DNA of 46,178 nt, taken from a virus. Its lineage: Duplodnaviria > Caudoviricetes. The notes beneath the pieces were generated by a model. That model had not been told where the DNA came from and did not search any database. It saw only the letters and a list, made by a program, of their open reading frames with translations. Shown here one piece after another: positions 17,230 through 24,854 of the stretch (the first letter of the stretch is position 1; every line of letters starts with the position of its first letter). A program made the translations under genes and the position numbers. The stretch is from IMG/VR virus record IMGVR_UViG_3300033412_000026, positions 1 through 46,178 of that record; one strand, 5' to 3'.

Positions 17230-18090
17230 GTGGAACTAGAGCACATGTCTTACAGTGCTCTGTCCCGCTACGAGGAATGCCCACGTAGCTTCTACCTCGG
17301 TCGAGTCAAGTCGGCCGAGGAGAAGCAGACGTGGTTCTTCCCAATCGGGACCGCAGTACACAACATGGTGGAGGAGCACCTCAATGGCAAGATGAACCTC
17401 AAGTACGATCCGGGGAACATCAAGGCTGAGGACTACTTCTACCCACTCATCGAGAAGCAGATGAAGATCGACCCTGTCGACGTCAACTGGCTTGCCGGTG
17501 GGAGCCCCGATGATCCTGTCATCAGGGACAAGGCGCTTGATCTAGTCAAGCGCTGCTTCGAGAACGCAGTCGCGTTCCTCGAAGACATAGATGTCTGGGA
17601 GGTCGAGTACGACGCTTCCGGAATGATCGCTGGCTGTGAAGTCCCGGTCAAGGCGTTCATCGACATCGTCGGTGAGCACAAGAAGCATGGCCCCGTGATT
17701 GTGGACTGGAAGTCCGGAAAGCAGAAGCCGAAGAACAACCTACAGCTAGAGACCTACGGGGTCCTGCTGAACACTTCGACTCCCCTCTCCGGTAACGACC
17801 ATCCGTTCACCGATCACGGTTCGATCAAGTTCGACGTCGGACTGTGGGCCATGGTCAATCCAGATGCACCCAATGCTCGCCCCGTCAAGGGCCTGACAGA
17901 GGTGGATGCGAGCGCTCTTGGCGCTCGCTACCAGGCGGCATACGAGAAGGTCAAGGAACGGAAGTGGCAGGCCAACGCTGGCTTCCACTGTCGCTTCTGC
18001 ACCCAGGCTCCCAACTGCCTGATCGAGGCTGGCCCGACTAAGCGGGCCAGGTTCTACGACAAGTCCGACGAGGAAGGTTACCCGTTCTAG
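17230..18090 (+). CDS. Cas4/RecB-like PD-(D/E)XK exonuclease
   Basis: SYS.L..Y..CP, GTAVH, FIDIV, IVDWKSG, QLETY, C-terminal CRFC....NC Fe-S ligands. Confidence 0.9.
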   Translation: MELEHMSYSALSRYEECPRSFYLGRVKSAEEKQTWFFPIGTAVHNMVEEHLNGKMNLKYDPGNIKAEDYFYPLIEKQMKIDPVDVNWLAGGSPDDPVIRDKALDLVKRCFENAVAFLEDIDVWEVEYDASGMIAGCEVPVKAFIDIVGEHKKHGPVIVDWKSGKQKPKNNLQLETYGVLLNTSTPLSGNDHPFTDHGSIKFDVGLWAMVNPDAPNARPVKGLTEVDASALGARYQAAYEKVKERKWQANAGFHCRFCTQAPNCLIEAGPTKRARFYDKSDEEGYPF

Positions 18091-18473
18091 TGGTGGCTAT
18101 CACCTACCGGATTCCGTCGAAGAAGGTCCCTTACGGCTACCTGGAGTTCACTGTGTCGGAGGGCGAGAGCCTCCCCGATCCGGTGACTCTGGCCGAGGAC
18201 TACGCCCAGTACATCAAGGACTACCAGACCGCTGAGGTTCAGGCTTTCGAGAACCCCAGCCTTGGTCAGATCCAGCGTGCTGACGCGCGGTCCAAGGTGC
18301 AAGACGAGGACAAGGCTGTCGATGAGGCAGCCAAGATGCTCAGCGATGGACTCGGCGGTGCCGAGGAGATCGAGGAGGGTGCCCCCGTCAAGCCGTGGGA
18401 CAAGACGTCCGACGAAACCGAGACAACTACCGAGAAGCCCTGGGATCTTGACGATTCCGCATGGGACATGTGA
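18090..18473 (+). CDS. Hypothetical acidic protein
   Basis: Coupled to nuclease gene; YRIPSK..YGYLE N-terminus, acidic tail. Confidence 0.75.
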   Translation: MVAITYRIPSKKVPYGYLEFTVSEGESLPDPVTLAEDYAQYIKDYQTAEVQAFENPSLGQIQRADARSKVQDEDKAVDEAAKMLSDGLGGAEEIEEGAPVKPWDKTSDETETTTEKPWDLDDSAWDM

Positions 18474-18487
18474 CAACAAGGAGACAA

Positions 18488-18919
18488 ATGAGCGACGTCG
18501 ATGACATCCTCGGTGGCAGCAAGACCCCGCCCGGCCTGAAGTTCGGGTCGGTCGGCACCAAGCACATCATCCTCGTGACCGAGGACCCCAAGGCCGTGGC
18601 CGTTCGTGAGTTCGTGAACGGCGTGCCGAAGGAGCGGCTGTACTTCCAGTCGCAGAAGAAGGTGCGCGAGTCGGAGCTGAACCTTCAGCTCCCGTACGAC
18701 CCGATCCCCGCGATCCTGCTGGTCGGGCAGACCAAGGACGGCGAGGCTGTCTCCCTCCGACTGGAGGGCGAGAAGCTGAAGGCCGCTCGCAAGGCCGTCC
18801 GTGAGGGTGGCAAGCTGGTCAAGGGGTGCATGTTCGCCATGGAGTACACGGCGGACGACCCCGACAGCAAGGGTCCCTTCCCGAAGAAGCTGTACTCCGC
18901 TCAGATCAAGAACCAGTGA
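18488..18919 (+). CDS. Putative single-stranded DNA-binding protein
   Basis: PGLKF..VG start and KLYSA end typical of actinophage SSBs; located between nuclease and helicase. Confidence 0.6.
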   Translation: MSDVDDILGGSKTPPGLKFGSVGTKHIILVTEDPKAVAVREFVNGVPKERLYFQSQKKVRESELNLQLPYDPIPAILLVGQTKDGEAVSLRLEGEKLKAARKAVREGGKLVKGCMFAMEYTADDPDSKGPFPKKLYSAQIKNQ

Positions 18920-19002
18920 GCGACGAGCAGGAGGCGGAGCTTGACGAGGCCGCCGACAAGTTCGAACGTACCCTAGGTTCCAACGATCCCGTAGAGGAGT
19001 AG
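18916..19002 (+). CDS. Acidic micro-protein (28 aa)
   Basis: GTGA overlap; fills the gap to the helicase. Confidence 0.5.
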   Translation: MSDEQEAELDEAADKFERTLGSNDPVEE

Positions 19003-19005
19003 TCC

Positions 19006-19860
19006 TTGAAGACGCTCTTTCGGAGCGTCCGACGTGGGCTGTCGGCTGGGGAGCCTCTTCCGGCTCCCTGGCCGATCTTCGAACAGAAGAAGATCACGTT
19101 CCGACGCTCGTCCATGCAGATGATCGCCGGTCCTCCGGGCTCCATGAAGACGGTCATGATGCTCAACATCGTTGACCAGATGGGCCCGGTCGTCCCGACC
19201 CTTTATCACTCGTCCGACTCGGACGACTTCACCATGGCAACCCGTGTCCTCTCGATGAAGACCGGACTCACCACGGAGGAGTCGGAAGAGATCATCATGG
19301 CGGGTGAGCACACTCAGTCCGATGCGCTTCGTTCGTTCGGCCACGTCAAGTGGTCGTTCCATGCAGCGCCTACGCTGGATCACATGTGGCGTGAGGCTGA
19401 GGCATTCCGTGAGGTGCACGGTGAGTACCCGCATCACACGGTCATCGACATCCTGATGGATGTCGACTACGAGGGAGCCGGTGAGCAGAACTACTGGGCT
19501 CTGATGGCCGAGCTGAAGGTGATGGCTCGTGACCAGCAGACCTCCCTCACCATCGTTCACCACACATCGGAGGCGGCAAAGGGTGGAACCCCACCTCCTC
19601 GCTCAGCAATCATGGGCAAGGCGAACCAGCTCCCCACGACCATCCTCACGCTATGGGGCGATGCCCACAACGAGTCCATCGACGTCGCAGTGGTCAAGAA
19701 CCGCTTCGGCCCGCAGGACGCCATGGCGAAGAAGTTCTTCAGGATGAAGGCACAGCCCGCGCTGTGCCACATCGAGGAGGATGAGGTCGGGGAGATGCTG
19801 TTCCGTGACGGCGTCTCGGTGTCCGACGACGAGAAGGTGGATCTCTTTGGAGACCAGTGA
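19006..19860 (+). CDS. DnaB/RecA-like replicative helicase
   Basis: Walker A GPPGSMKT, Walker B TVID, IVHH, VKNRFG. Confidence 0.88.
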   Translation: MKTLFRSVRRGLSAGEPLPAPWPIFEQKKITFRRSSMQMIAGPPGSMKTVMMLNIVDQMGPVVPTLYHSSDSDDFTMATRVLSMKTGLTTEESEEIIMAGEHTQSDALRSFGHVKWSFHAAPTLDHMWREAEAFREVHGEYPHHTVIDILMDVDYEGAGEQNYWALMAELKVMARDQQTSLTIVHHTSEAAKGGTPPPRSAIMGKANQLPTTILTLWGDAHNESIDVAVVKNRFGPQDAMAKKFFRMKAQPALCHIEEDEVGEMLFRDGVSVSDDEKVDLFGDQ

Positions 19861-19975
19861 CATCATCGGCCTGTGCATCGTCTCGTTCCTTGGTGGCGTC
19901 GTCACCTGGATGTGGATCTCGCTCCTGATGGAGCGAGCCATAGAGAGGCGAATCAGTGCCAAGTCAGAGTCGTAA
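19847..19975 (+). CDS. Small membrane protein
   Basis: IIGLCIVSFLGGVVTWMWISLL TM segment; start uncertain. Confidence 0.5.
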   Translation: METSDIIGLCIVSFLGGVVTWMWISLLMERAIERRISAKSES

Positions 19976-20306
19976 GCACCGTGGGTACGCAACACAGCGC
20001 ATCGCCGCTGACTACGTTCGGGAGGTATTCCCTTACGTGGAACCTACGGGGGCAGGCCGTCAAGGTCGTGACCTTCTCAGTACGCCGGGTGTCTGGTTCG
20101 AGTGCAAGGCGAGGCGGGGATTCTCCCCGCTCGCAGCCCTCAAGCAGGCCAAGGCCGATGCTGGATCTGACCTTCCGGTCGGGATCCTCCGGATGGACGG
20201 TCAGGGCGAGAAGTCCGTATCCGAGTGGGTAGCTGTGCTCAGGTTCGAGGACCTGATGCGGCTCCTCAAGGAGGCTGGCTATGGTCCGGAGGACGCAAGA
20301 GGATAG
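19956..20306 (+). CDS. Holliday junction resolvase (Hjc-like PD-(D/E)XK)
   Basis: SRKHRG, GRD, FECKAR motifs. Confidence 0.78.
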   Translation: MPSQSRKHRGYATQRIAADYVREVFPYVEPTGAGRQGRDLLSTPGVWFECKARRGFSPLAALKQAKADAGSDLPVGILRMDGQGEKSVSEWVAVLRFEDLMRLLKEAGYGPEDARG

Positions 20307-20670
20307 GGAGTGGCCGGTCTTCCCGATCGGCCCTATCCTGGTCGAGTATGGTGGCGAAGAGGTCGTGGAAGACCGAGGATGGTACGCCTACAAGTGCCCG
20401 TTCCATGGGGACAGGTCGGCGTCCGCCTCGGTCAACACCATCCTCAACGTGTTCGTCTGTCACACCTGTGACATGAAGGGCAACGCCACTCAGCTCATCA
20501 TGAAGAAGGAGAACTGCTCCTATGGCGACGCTCTCAGTCGTGCAAAGGAAGTTGCTGGCCAGGGCGCAGGAAACGTACGCGTCACACCTGGAGGAGGCGA
20601 GCGAGTATCTGGCAGGTCGGGGAATCGATCTGGCAGCCGCGCGCTCCGCAGGACTTGGCGTAGTTCGTGA
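20281..20670 (+). CDS. DNA primase zinc-binding (CHC2) subunit
   Basis: CPFHGD..ASAS....FVCHTC..KGN. Confidence 0.88.
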   Translation: MVRRTQEDREWPVFPIGPILVEYGGEEVVEDRGWYAYKCPFHGDRSASASVNTILNVFVCHTCDMKGNATQLIMKKENCSYGDALSRAKEVAGQGAGNVRVTPGGGERVSGRSGNRSGSRALRRTWRSS

Positions 20671-21154
20671 CCCGCTTCCCGGTCAGGAGCGGCTGGTTGG
20701 CAGGCTCGCCATCCCGTACATGACGGGGGCTGGCTGTGTCAACATGAACTTCCGGTGCATCGCTCCGCACAAGTGCAAGGACGTGGGGCACGGGAAGTAC
20801 CAGCACTGGCAGGGTCTCTCCTCCAATCTGTACAACGTCCAGGCGTTGGACAGTGCGGGCACTGCTATTGCTGTAGCTGAGGGAGAGCTTGACGCCCTCA
20901 GTTCCACTCTGGCCGGGATCCCCTGCGTGGGGGTTCCCGGAGCAACCAAGTGGGAAGATCACTGGAACCTGGTTTTCGAAGATTTCACAAGGGTGTACGT
21001 CTGGCAGGAGGGCGATGACGCCGGTAAGAAGTTTGCCGACCGTCTCGTCCAGGAGGTCAACGCCATCAGGGTTGAACTTCCGTCTGGCGAAGATGTAAAC
21101 TCGATCTGGGCGGCGTCCGGAGCGGACGCCCTAAGAGCAAGGATCCGGCGATGA
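20522..21154 (+). CDS. DNA primase TOPRIM subunit
   Basis: YLAGRGI, RLAIPY, AEGELDALS, EGDDAG, EDVN; own AAGGAG RBS. Confidence 0.88.
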   Translation: MATLSVVQRKLLARAQETYASHLEEASEYLAGRGIDLAAARSAGLGVVRDPLPGQERLVGRLAIPYMTGAGCVNMNFRCIAPHKCKDVGHGKYQHWQGLSSNLYNVQALDSAGTAIAVAEGELDALSSTLAGIPCVGVPGATKWEDHWNLVFEDFTRVYVWQEGDDAGKKFADRLVQEVNAIRVELPSGEDVNSIWAASGADALRARIRR

Positions 21155-21384
21155 GCACGATGTACCTCATCCTCAACGAGACCACGTTCATCGGCACCGA
21201 CCAGGTGACGACCGAGCCGGTCGAACTGTACGACAACCTCCAGGGTGCGATGGACTGGATCCACGAGCTGGCCCTGGACAACGGCGTCACGGTGGAAGAG
21301 GATGCCAACAGCGTCTACATCCCGCCTTCCGAGGGGATCGAGACGGACGAGTACTACATCATCGAGATGGAGGTCAAGTCCTGA
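21151..21384 (+). CDS. Hypothetical acidic protein
   Basis: ATGA overlap. Confidence 0.75.
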   Translation: MSTMYLILNETTFIGTDQVTTEPVELYDNLQGAMDWIHELALDNGVTVEEDANSVYIPPSEGIETDEYYIIEMEVKS

Positions 21385-21572
21385 TGGGCAAGCACAGCGG
21401 AGGGTCGGCCAAGGAGCCGACCACTGACCAGGGCAAGCCGTTCGACCAGATGACCGGAGCCGAGAAGGCGGCGGAGTTCGACGCCTCTCACTCCAACCCG
21501 GCTGGTTACGCGGCCCGCAACTTCTCCGACGAGAACCAGGGGAAGAACGGAAGGAAGCCGAAGCATGGCTGA
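21384..21572 (+). CDS. Hypothetical protein
   Basis: GGAGG RBS, TGATG overlap. Confidence 0.7.
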   Translation: MGKHSGGSAKEPTTDQGKPFDQMTGAEKAAEFDASHSNPAGYAARNFSDENQGKNGRKPKHG

Positions 21573-21630
21573 GCACAACTGCACCAACCCGCCCCACTTC
21601 CCGCCTCACTGCGGGTGCCCTGCCGGATGA
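21565..21630 (+). CDS. Cys/His/Pro-rich micro-peptide (21 aa)
   Basis: MAEHNCTNPPHFPPHCGCPAG; ATGA overlap with next gene. Confidence 0.5.
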   Translation: MAEHNCTNPPHFPPHCGCPAG

Positions 21631-22106
21631 GCCGCAAGGACTCCTTCGGCGTTGAGGTGGAGAAGGGCGACATCGTCCTCTCCTGCCCGAAGCACAAGTG
21701 GTCGGGCAAGCCCGAGGTCGGTCAGGTGTCCGGAGTCTTCGACTCCGGGCGCGTGACCATCAAGCTCCCGCAGAAGGTTCCCGTCTACGCCTACCAGGAG
21801 GGCGCTCCGGACATCGAGAAGGAGTCGTACCGCTGGGTCGTGGACAACGACGCAGAGCCTGACAGGTGGGGCCGTAGGCCCTACAAGCAGGAGCCCTACA
21901 AGTACATGGCGAAGGACTACACGGTCCTTCGCAACGAGTGGAAGTGGATCCGCAAGCAGGCTGCGGACATCACTCTCATCGTCCTCCGTAAGGGTGGCGA
22001 GGAGGCCAAGGGTCTCGAAGAGATCCTGGCCGAGCGTGTCGGCTTCAACGAGCTGACCCGTAACCTCAACCTGGACTACGATGCCGAGCGACCGGCCCTT
22101 TCGTAA
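21627..22106 (+). CDS. Hypothetical protein
   Basis: KDSFGVEVEKGDIV SH3/YopX-like start. Confidence 0.8.
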   Translation: MSRKDSFGVEVEKGDIVLSCPKHKWSGKPEVGQVSGVFDSGRVTIKLPQKVPVYAYQEGAPDIEKESYRWVVDNDAEPDRWGRRPYKQEPYKYMAKDYTVLRNEWKWIRKQAADITLIVLRKGGEEAKGLEEILAERVGFNELTRNLNLDYDAERPALS

Positions 22107-22500
22107 GATGACCGATGTCTGGGCTGACGAGGCGAAGTGCACTCGACGTCAAGTGGGTGCCGTCCTCGTCAGCCCAGATGGTCACACGATCTCGACAGGA
22201 TACAATGGAACGCCGAGCGGCAGGCCCAATTGCACGGAGGGTGGATGTCCTCGGGGGAAGCTGGCCTATGACGAAGTCCCAGCAGGGACCGACTACAACG
22301 CAGTCCCCTGTACCGGAGTCCACGCCGAAGCGAATGCCCTCCTTCGAGCTGGATCCAGGGCTGTGGGGTGCACCATCTACATCAACCATGAGCCCTGCCA
22401 GCAGTGCAGGAACCTCATCCTCGCAGCAGGAGTCGTCCGTGTCGTTTATCGAGACGGCCCTGGAGGAGCTTGGCGCAGTCTTGAAGCGGAAGAACTCTGA
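22081..22500 (+). CDS. dCMP deaminase
   Basis: C.RRQVGAV, GYNG.P, HAEANA, PCQQC. Confidence 0.92.
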   Translation: MPSDRPFRKMTDVWADEAKCTRRQVGAVLVSPDGHTISTGYNGTPSGRPNCTEGGCPRGKLAYDEVPAGTDYNAVPCTGVHAEANALLRAGSRAVGCTIYINHEPCQQCRNLILAAGVVRVVYRDGPGGAWRSLEAEEL

Positions 22501-22729
22501 CTACAAGGTCACATCGTCTGAGTTCTCGAACTTCCACTACGCCGCAGATGTCGCGGGTATCAGTACCCGCGATGCGATGCTGACTCAGATCGGCATCAAG
22601 CTGGGCAGGCTCAAGGGCCTGACCCAGTCCGGAAAGAACCCCGAGTGGGAGTCCATCGAGGACACCGCCAAGGATCTTGCCGGGTATGCAGTGATCCTGT
22701 ACGCCTACTACCTGGAGATGAACTCGTGA
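22439..22729 (+). CDS. DUF1599 / nucleotide-modification-associated domain protein
   Basis: KNSDY, K..RL, ESIEDT..DLAGYAVI; GTG start after AGGAG. Confidence 0.75.
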   Translation: MSFIETALEELGAVLKRKNSDYKVTSSEFSNFHYAADVAGISTRDAMLTQIGIKLGRLKGLTQSGKNPEWESIEDTAKDLAGYAVILYAYYLEMNS

Positions 22730-22818
22730 GTCACGAGCGCGGAGAAGACCAGGACAGCACGGAGGAGAAGGTGGAGCACGACGCCCCTCACCCTTCCTCC
22801 ATCGAGGAGGACGAGTGA
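22726..22818 (+). CDS. Acidic micro-protein (30 aa)
   Basis: GTGA overlaps at both ends. Confidence 0.5.
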   Translation: MSHERGEDQDSTEEKVEHDAPHPSSIEEDE

Positions 22819-22880
22819 CGGACATGCCGATCCTCAAGCCTCCGTTCCCTCCGAAGCCGGAGGATCCCGATGGCGAGTAA
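22815..22880 (+). CDS. Pro-rich micro-peptide (21 aa)
   Basis: GAGGAGG RBS; VTDMPILKPPFPPKPEDPDGE. Confidence 0.45.
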   Translation: MTDMPILKPPFPPKPEDPDGE

Positions 22881-23028
22881 CCCGGACAACCCGACGATCA
22901 AGCTGGAGCTGACCTTCGATGACGCCGTTGTCGAGGTCGAGCTGGAGTTCCACTTCAGCGAGAACGCCGAGGATTACCTTGACGTAGCGACATTCGTGTC
23001 GACTGCCGCAGCGATGCTGTTGGCATGA
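22870..23028 (+). CDS. Hypothetical protein (52 aa)
   Basis: GGAGG RBS; MASNPDNPTIKLELTF... Confidence 0.6.
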   Translation: MASNPDNPTIKLELTFDDAVVEVELEFHFSENAEDYLDVATFVSTAAAMLLA

Positions 23029-23171
23029 GGATGGTCCGTCACCAGTGCACGATATGCAAGGTGGATCGCCGCTACACAGACGGGCGTGATGGCCACAAGA
23101 TGTCGTGTCCCGTCTCCAAGTATGGCGTCACGCCGATGTGGCGTCTCGTCATAGTGAAGGACAACCGGTGA
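23025..23171 (+). CDS. Small zinc-finger protein (48 aa)
   Basis: CTIC...H...C; ATGA and GTGA overlaps. Confidence 0.55.
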   Translation: MRMVRHQCTICKVDRRYTDGRDGHKMSCPVSKYGVTPMWRLVIVKDNR

Positions 23172-23374
23172 AGATCATCAACGCCCGAGTCATGGAGTGT
23201 GGCCAGCCCAGGCTGGCCTACTACATGGGCACGCACGTCAGCGGAACCAAGCACTACGTGGAGATCCGCTACCACCAAAGGCAGACGCGCAAGTGGATGC
23301 CTGCCAGCAAGGTCACGATCGACCCCGGAGTGAAGCTCAAGTACTGCGAGAAGGTGAGTGAGCTTCGTGAGTAA
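23168..23374 (+). CDS. Hypothetical protein
   Basis: GTG start after AAGGA RBS. Confidence 0.65.
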   Translation: MKIINARVMECGQPRLAYYMGTHVSGTKHYVEIRYHQRQTRKWMPASKVTIDPGVKLKYCEKVSELRE

Positions 23375-23657
23375 CGGCAGGAAGTACACGGTCATCACCT
23401 GCCCCCACTGTAAGGTCAGGCTCAACAGTAGGAAGCCGCACCGCAAAGGGTGCAGAGCAGGAGTGAACTTCATGGGCAAGAAGTATGACGCGTATGTCAA
23501 GGCCGCTCAGGCTGAGGGCATCGCCAAGAACCGGTACTCCGACGTTCAGGGTGGTTCCACCAAGGACGCCATGACGGAGGCCACCAACAACGCCATCCAG
23601 GCGGAGCGCGCGTCGAACGACGCGTGGCAGCAGTTCATCGAAGACCCGGAGGGTTAG
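23367..23657 (+). CDS. Zinc-finger hypothetical protein
   Basis: CPHC...H...C; start 23358 or 23367. Confidence 0.7.
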   Translation: MSNGRKYTVITCPHCKVRLNSRKPHRKGCRAGVNFMGKKYDAYVKAAQAEGIAKNRYSDVQGGSTKDAMTEATNNAIQAERASNDAWQQFIEDPEG

Positions 23658-23660
23658 TCA

Positions 23661-23939
23661 ATGCAGAAGGACACGCTTCGCATCCTTGCGAGCCAGGCGC
23701 TCACGCACGTGGTGCGTGACCTGGGCAAGGAGAACACCGATGCGGTCGCCCTCGGGGAGCACATCGCCTCCGAGCTTCCCGGTCTCGACTCCGACGCGTC
23801 GGAGGAGATCATCGATCTCGCTCTGAAGCTCCTGCCTCACGTCGAGGTGCACGTCGAGGTCGCTCACTGGCGGCTGGAGGAGCTGGAGCACCGGGAGGCG
23901 CACAACGCCCAGCCCGGTGAGGTCAGCGCAGTCTGGTAG
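23661..23939 (+). CDS. Hypothetical protein
   Basis: GGAGG RBS; last rightward gene. Confidence 0.75.
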   Translation: MQKDTLRILASQALTHVVRDLGKENTDAVALGEHIASELPGLDSDASEEIIDLALKLLPHVEVHVEVAHWRLEELEHREAHNAQPGEVSAVW

Positions 23940-23944
23940 AACGC

Positions 23945-23977
23945 AAAGAAGGGGCCCCCTTGCGGGGGCCCCTCTCT
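23945..23977. terminator. Bidirectional intrinsic terminator
   Basis: AGGGGCCCCC-TTGC-GGGGGCCCCT between convergent operons. Confidence 0.9.
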
Positions 23978-23980
23978 GTC

Positions 23981-24178
23981 TTACTTGTGGAAGCCTGCGT
24001 TGTTCGGGTCACCCACGAACTTGCCTAGCCAACCACGTACCACCTCTGCCGCAGCAGCGGCTCCAGCGATAGCAGCATCCTTGGAGGTGCTGAGATCAGT
24101 GAAGCTGAGCACGGAGAGGAACGCGAACGCGAACGTCGCGACCACGCGTAGTGCGAGATCCTTGATGTACGGTGTCAC
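23981..24178 (-). CDS. Holin (r1t-like)
   Basis: YIKDLALRVVATFAFAFL, two TM segments, GDP C-terminus; GTG start. Confidence 0.7.
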   Translation of the reverse strand: MTPYIKDLALRVVATFAFAFLSVLSFTDLSTSKDAAIAGAAAAAEVVRGWLGKFVGDPNNAGFHK

Positions 24179-24297
24179 TTGCTTCCCTTCTTCTTCATTG
24201 CCTTGAGCTGCGCTGCCTTCTTGACAACGGTCTTGCGAGCCACGGCCTTCTTCATCCTGGCCTTCTCGGCTGCGGTGTACTTCTTGGGGTACGGCAT
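24175..24297 (-). CDS. Lys/Ala-rich basic micro-protein (40 aa)
   Basis: MPYPKKYTAAEKARMKKAVARKTVVKKAAQLKAMKKKGSK, abuts both neighbours. Confidence 0.65.
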   Translation of the reverse strand: MPYPKKYTAAEKARMKKAVARKTVVKKAAQLKAMKKKGSK

Positions 24298-24528
24298 TCA
24301 TGCTCCATACGGGAAGATGCGCTCGATCTGCTCGGCCGTATCGTCATCGATGATGGCCGTAGGTCGTAGCCCGAAGAGGACCTGGAGTCCCCGGATGTGA
24401 GACTTGGTCTCATCGTCCAGCTCGCCAGTCTCTCGTAGGCCGAGGACACGCTGCACGTAAGTGACAGCGTCCCTCTCCTCTTCAGTTGTCACAGCGTAGA
24501 TGCGTCGCGTGTACCAGGCAGGCTTCAT
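24298..24528 (-). CDS. Stand-alone peptidoglycan-binding domain protein
   Basis: AVTYVQRVLGL..TGELD..T...I..LQ..FGL.PT.IID..T PG_binding_1 pattern. Confidence 0.7.
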   Translation of the reverse strand: MKPAWYTRRIYAVTTEEERDAVTYVQRVLGLRETGELDDETKSHIRGLQVLFGLRPTAIIDDDTAEQIERIFPYGA

Positions 24529-24842
24529 ACTCCCACCTTACTCGCAATGCGGTCGACCACGCCGCGTACTCCCTTGACCTCCTCGTGAACCAGCTCCACC
24601 TCAGCGCGCTGAGTTACGAGGCTTTCAAGAATCTCGACCCTTGCTCCGAGGTCAGCCACCTGCCTGTCCTTATCTGCGACCTGCGTGCGAAGCTCAGCCA
24701 CAGCGATCTGTAGCAGCTCCACGGTGTCGATCGAGATCTGGGCAGCCTGACTGTGACCGAACCTCTTCCCCCCCACAAATCCACCGGCAACGCCAGCGGC
24801 CCCTGTGAGGATGGCGATGATGGCATCCATCTCAAGCGCCAT
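24525..24842 (-). CDS. Membrane protein with coiled coil (lysis-associated?)
   Basis: N-terminal TM followed by heptad repeats. Confidence 0.75.
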   Translation of the reverse strand: MALEMDAIIAILTGAAGVAGGFVGGKRFGHSQAAQISIDTVELLQIAVAELRTQVADKDRQVADLGARVEILESLVTQRAEVELVHEEVKGVRGVVDRIASKVGV

Positions 24843-24854
24843 ACTCTCTCCCTG

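Noticed and set aside
17230-18090. Cas4-like gene as part of a CRISPR-Cas system
   Set aside because: No other cas genes or repeat-spacer array; solo Cas4-like nucleases are common in actinophage replication modules
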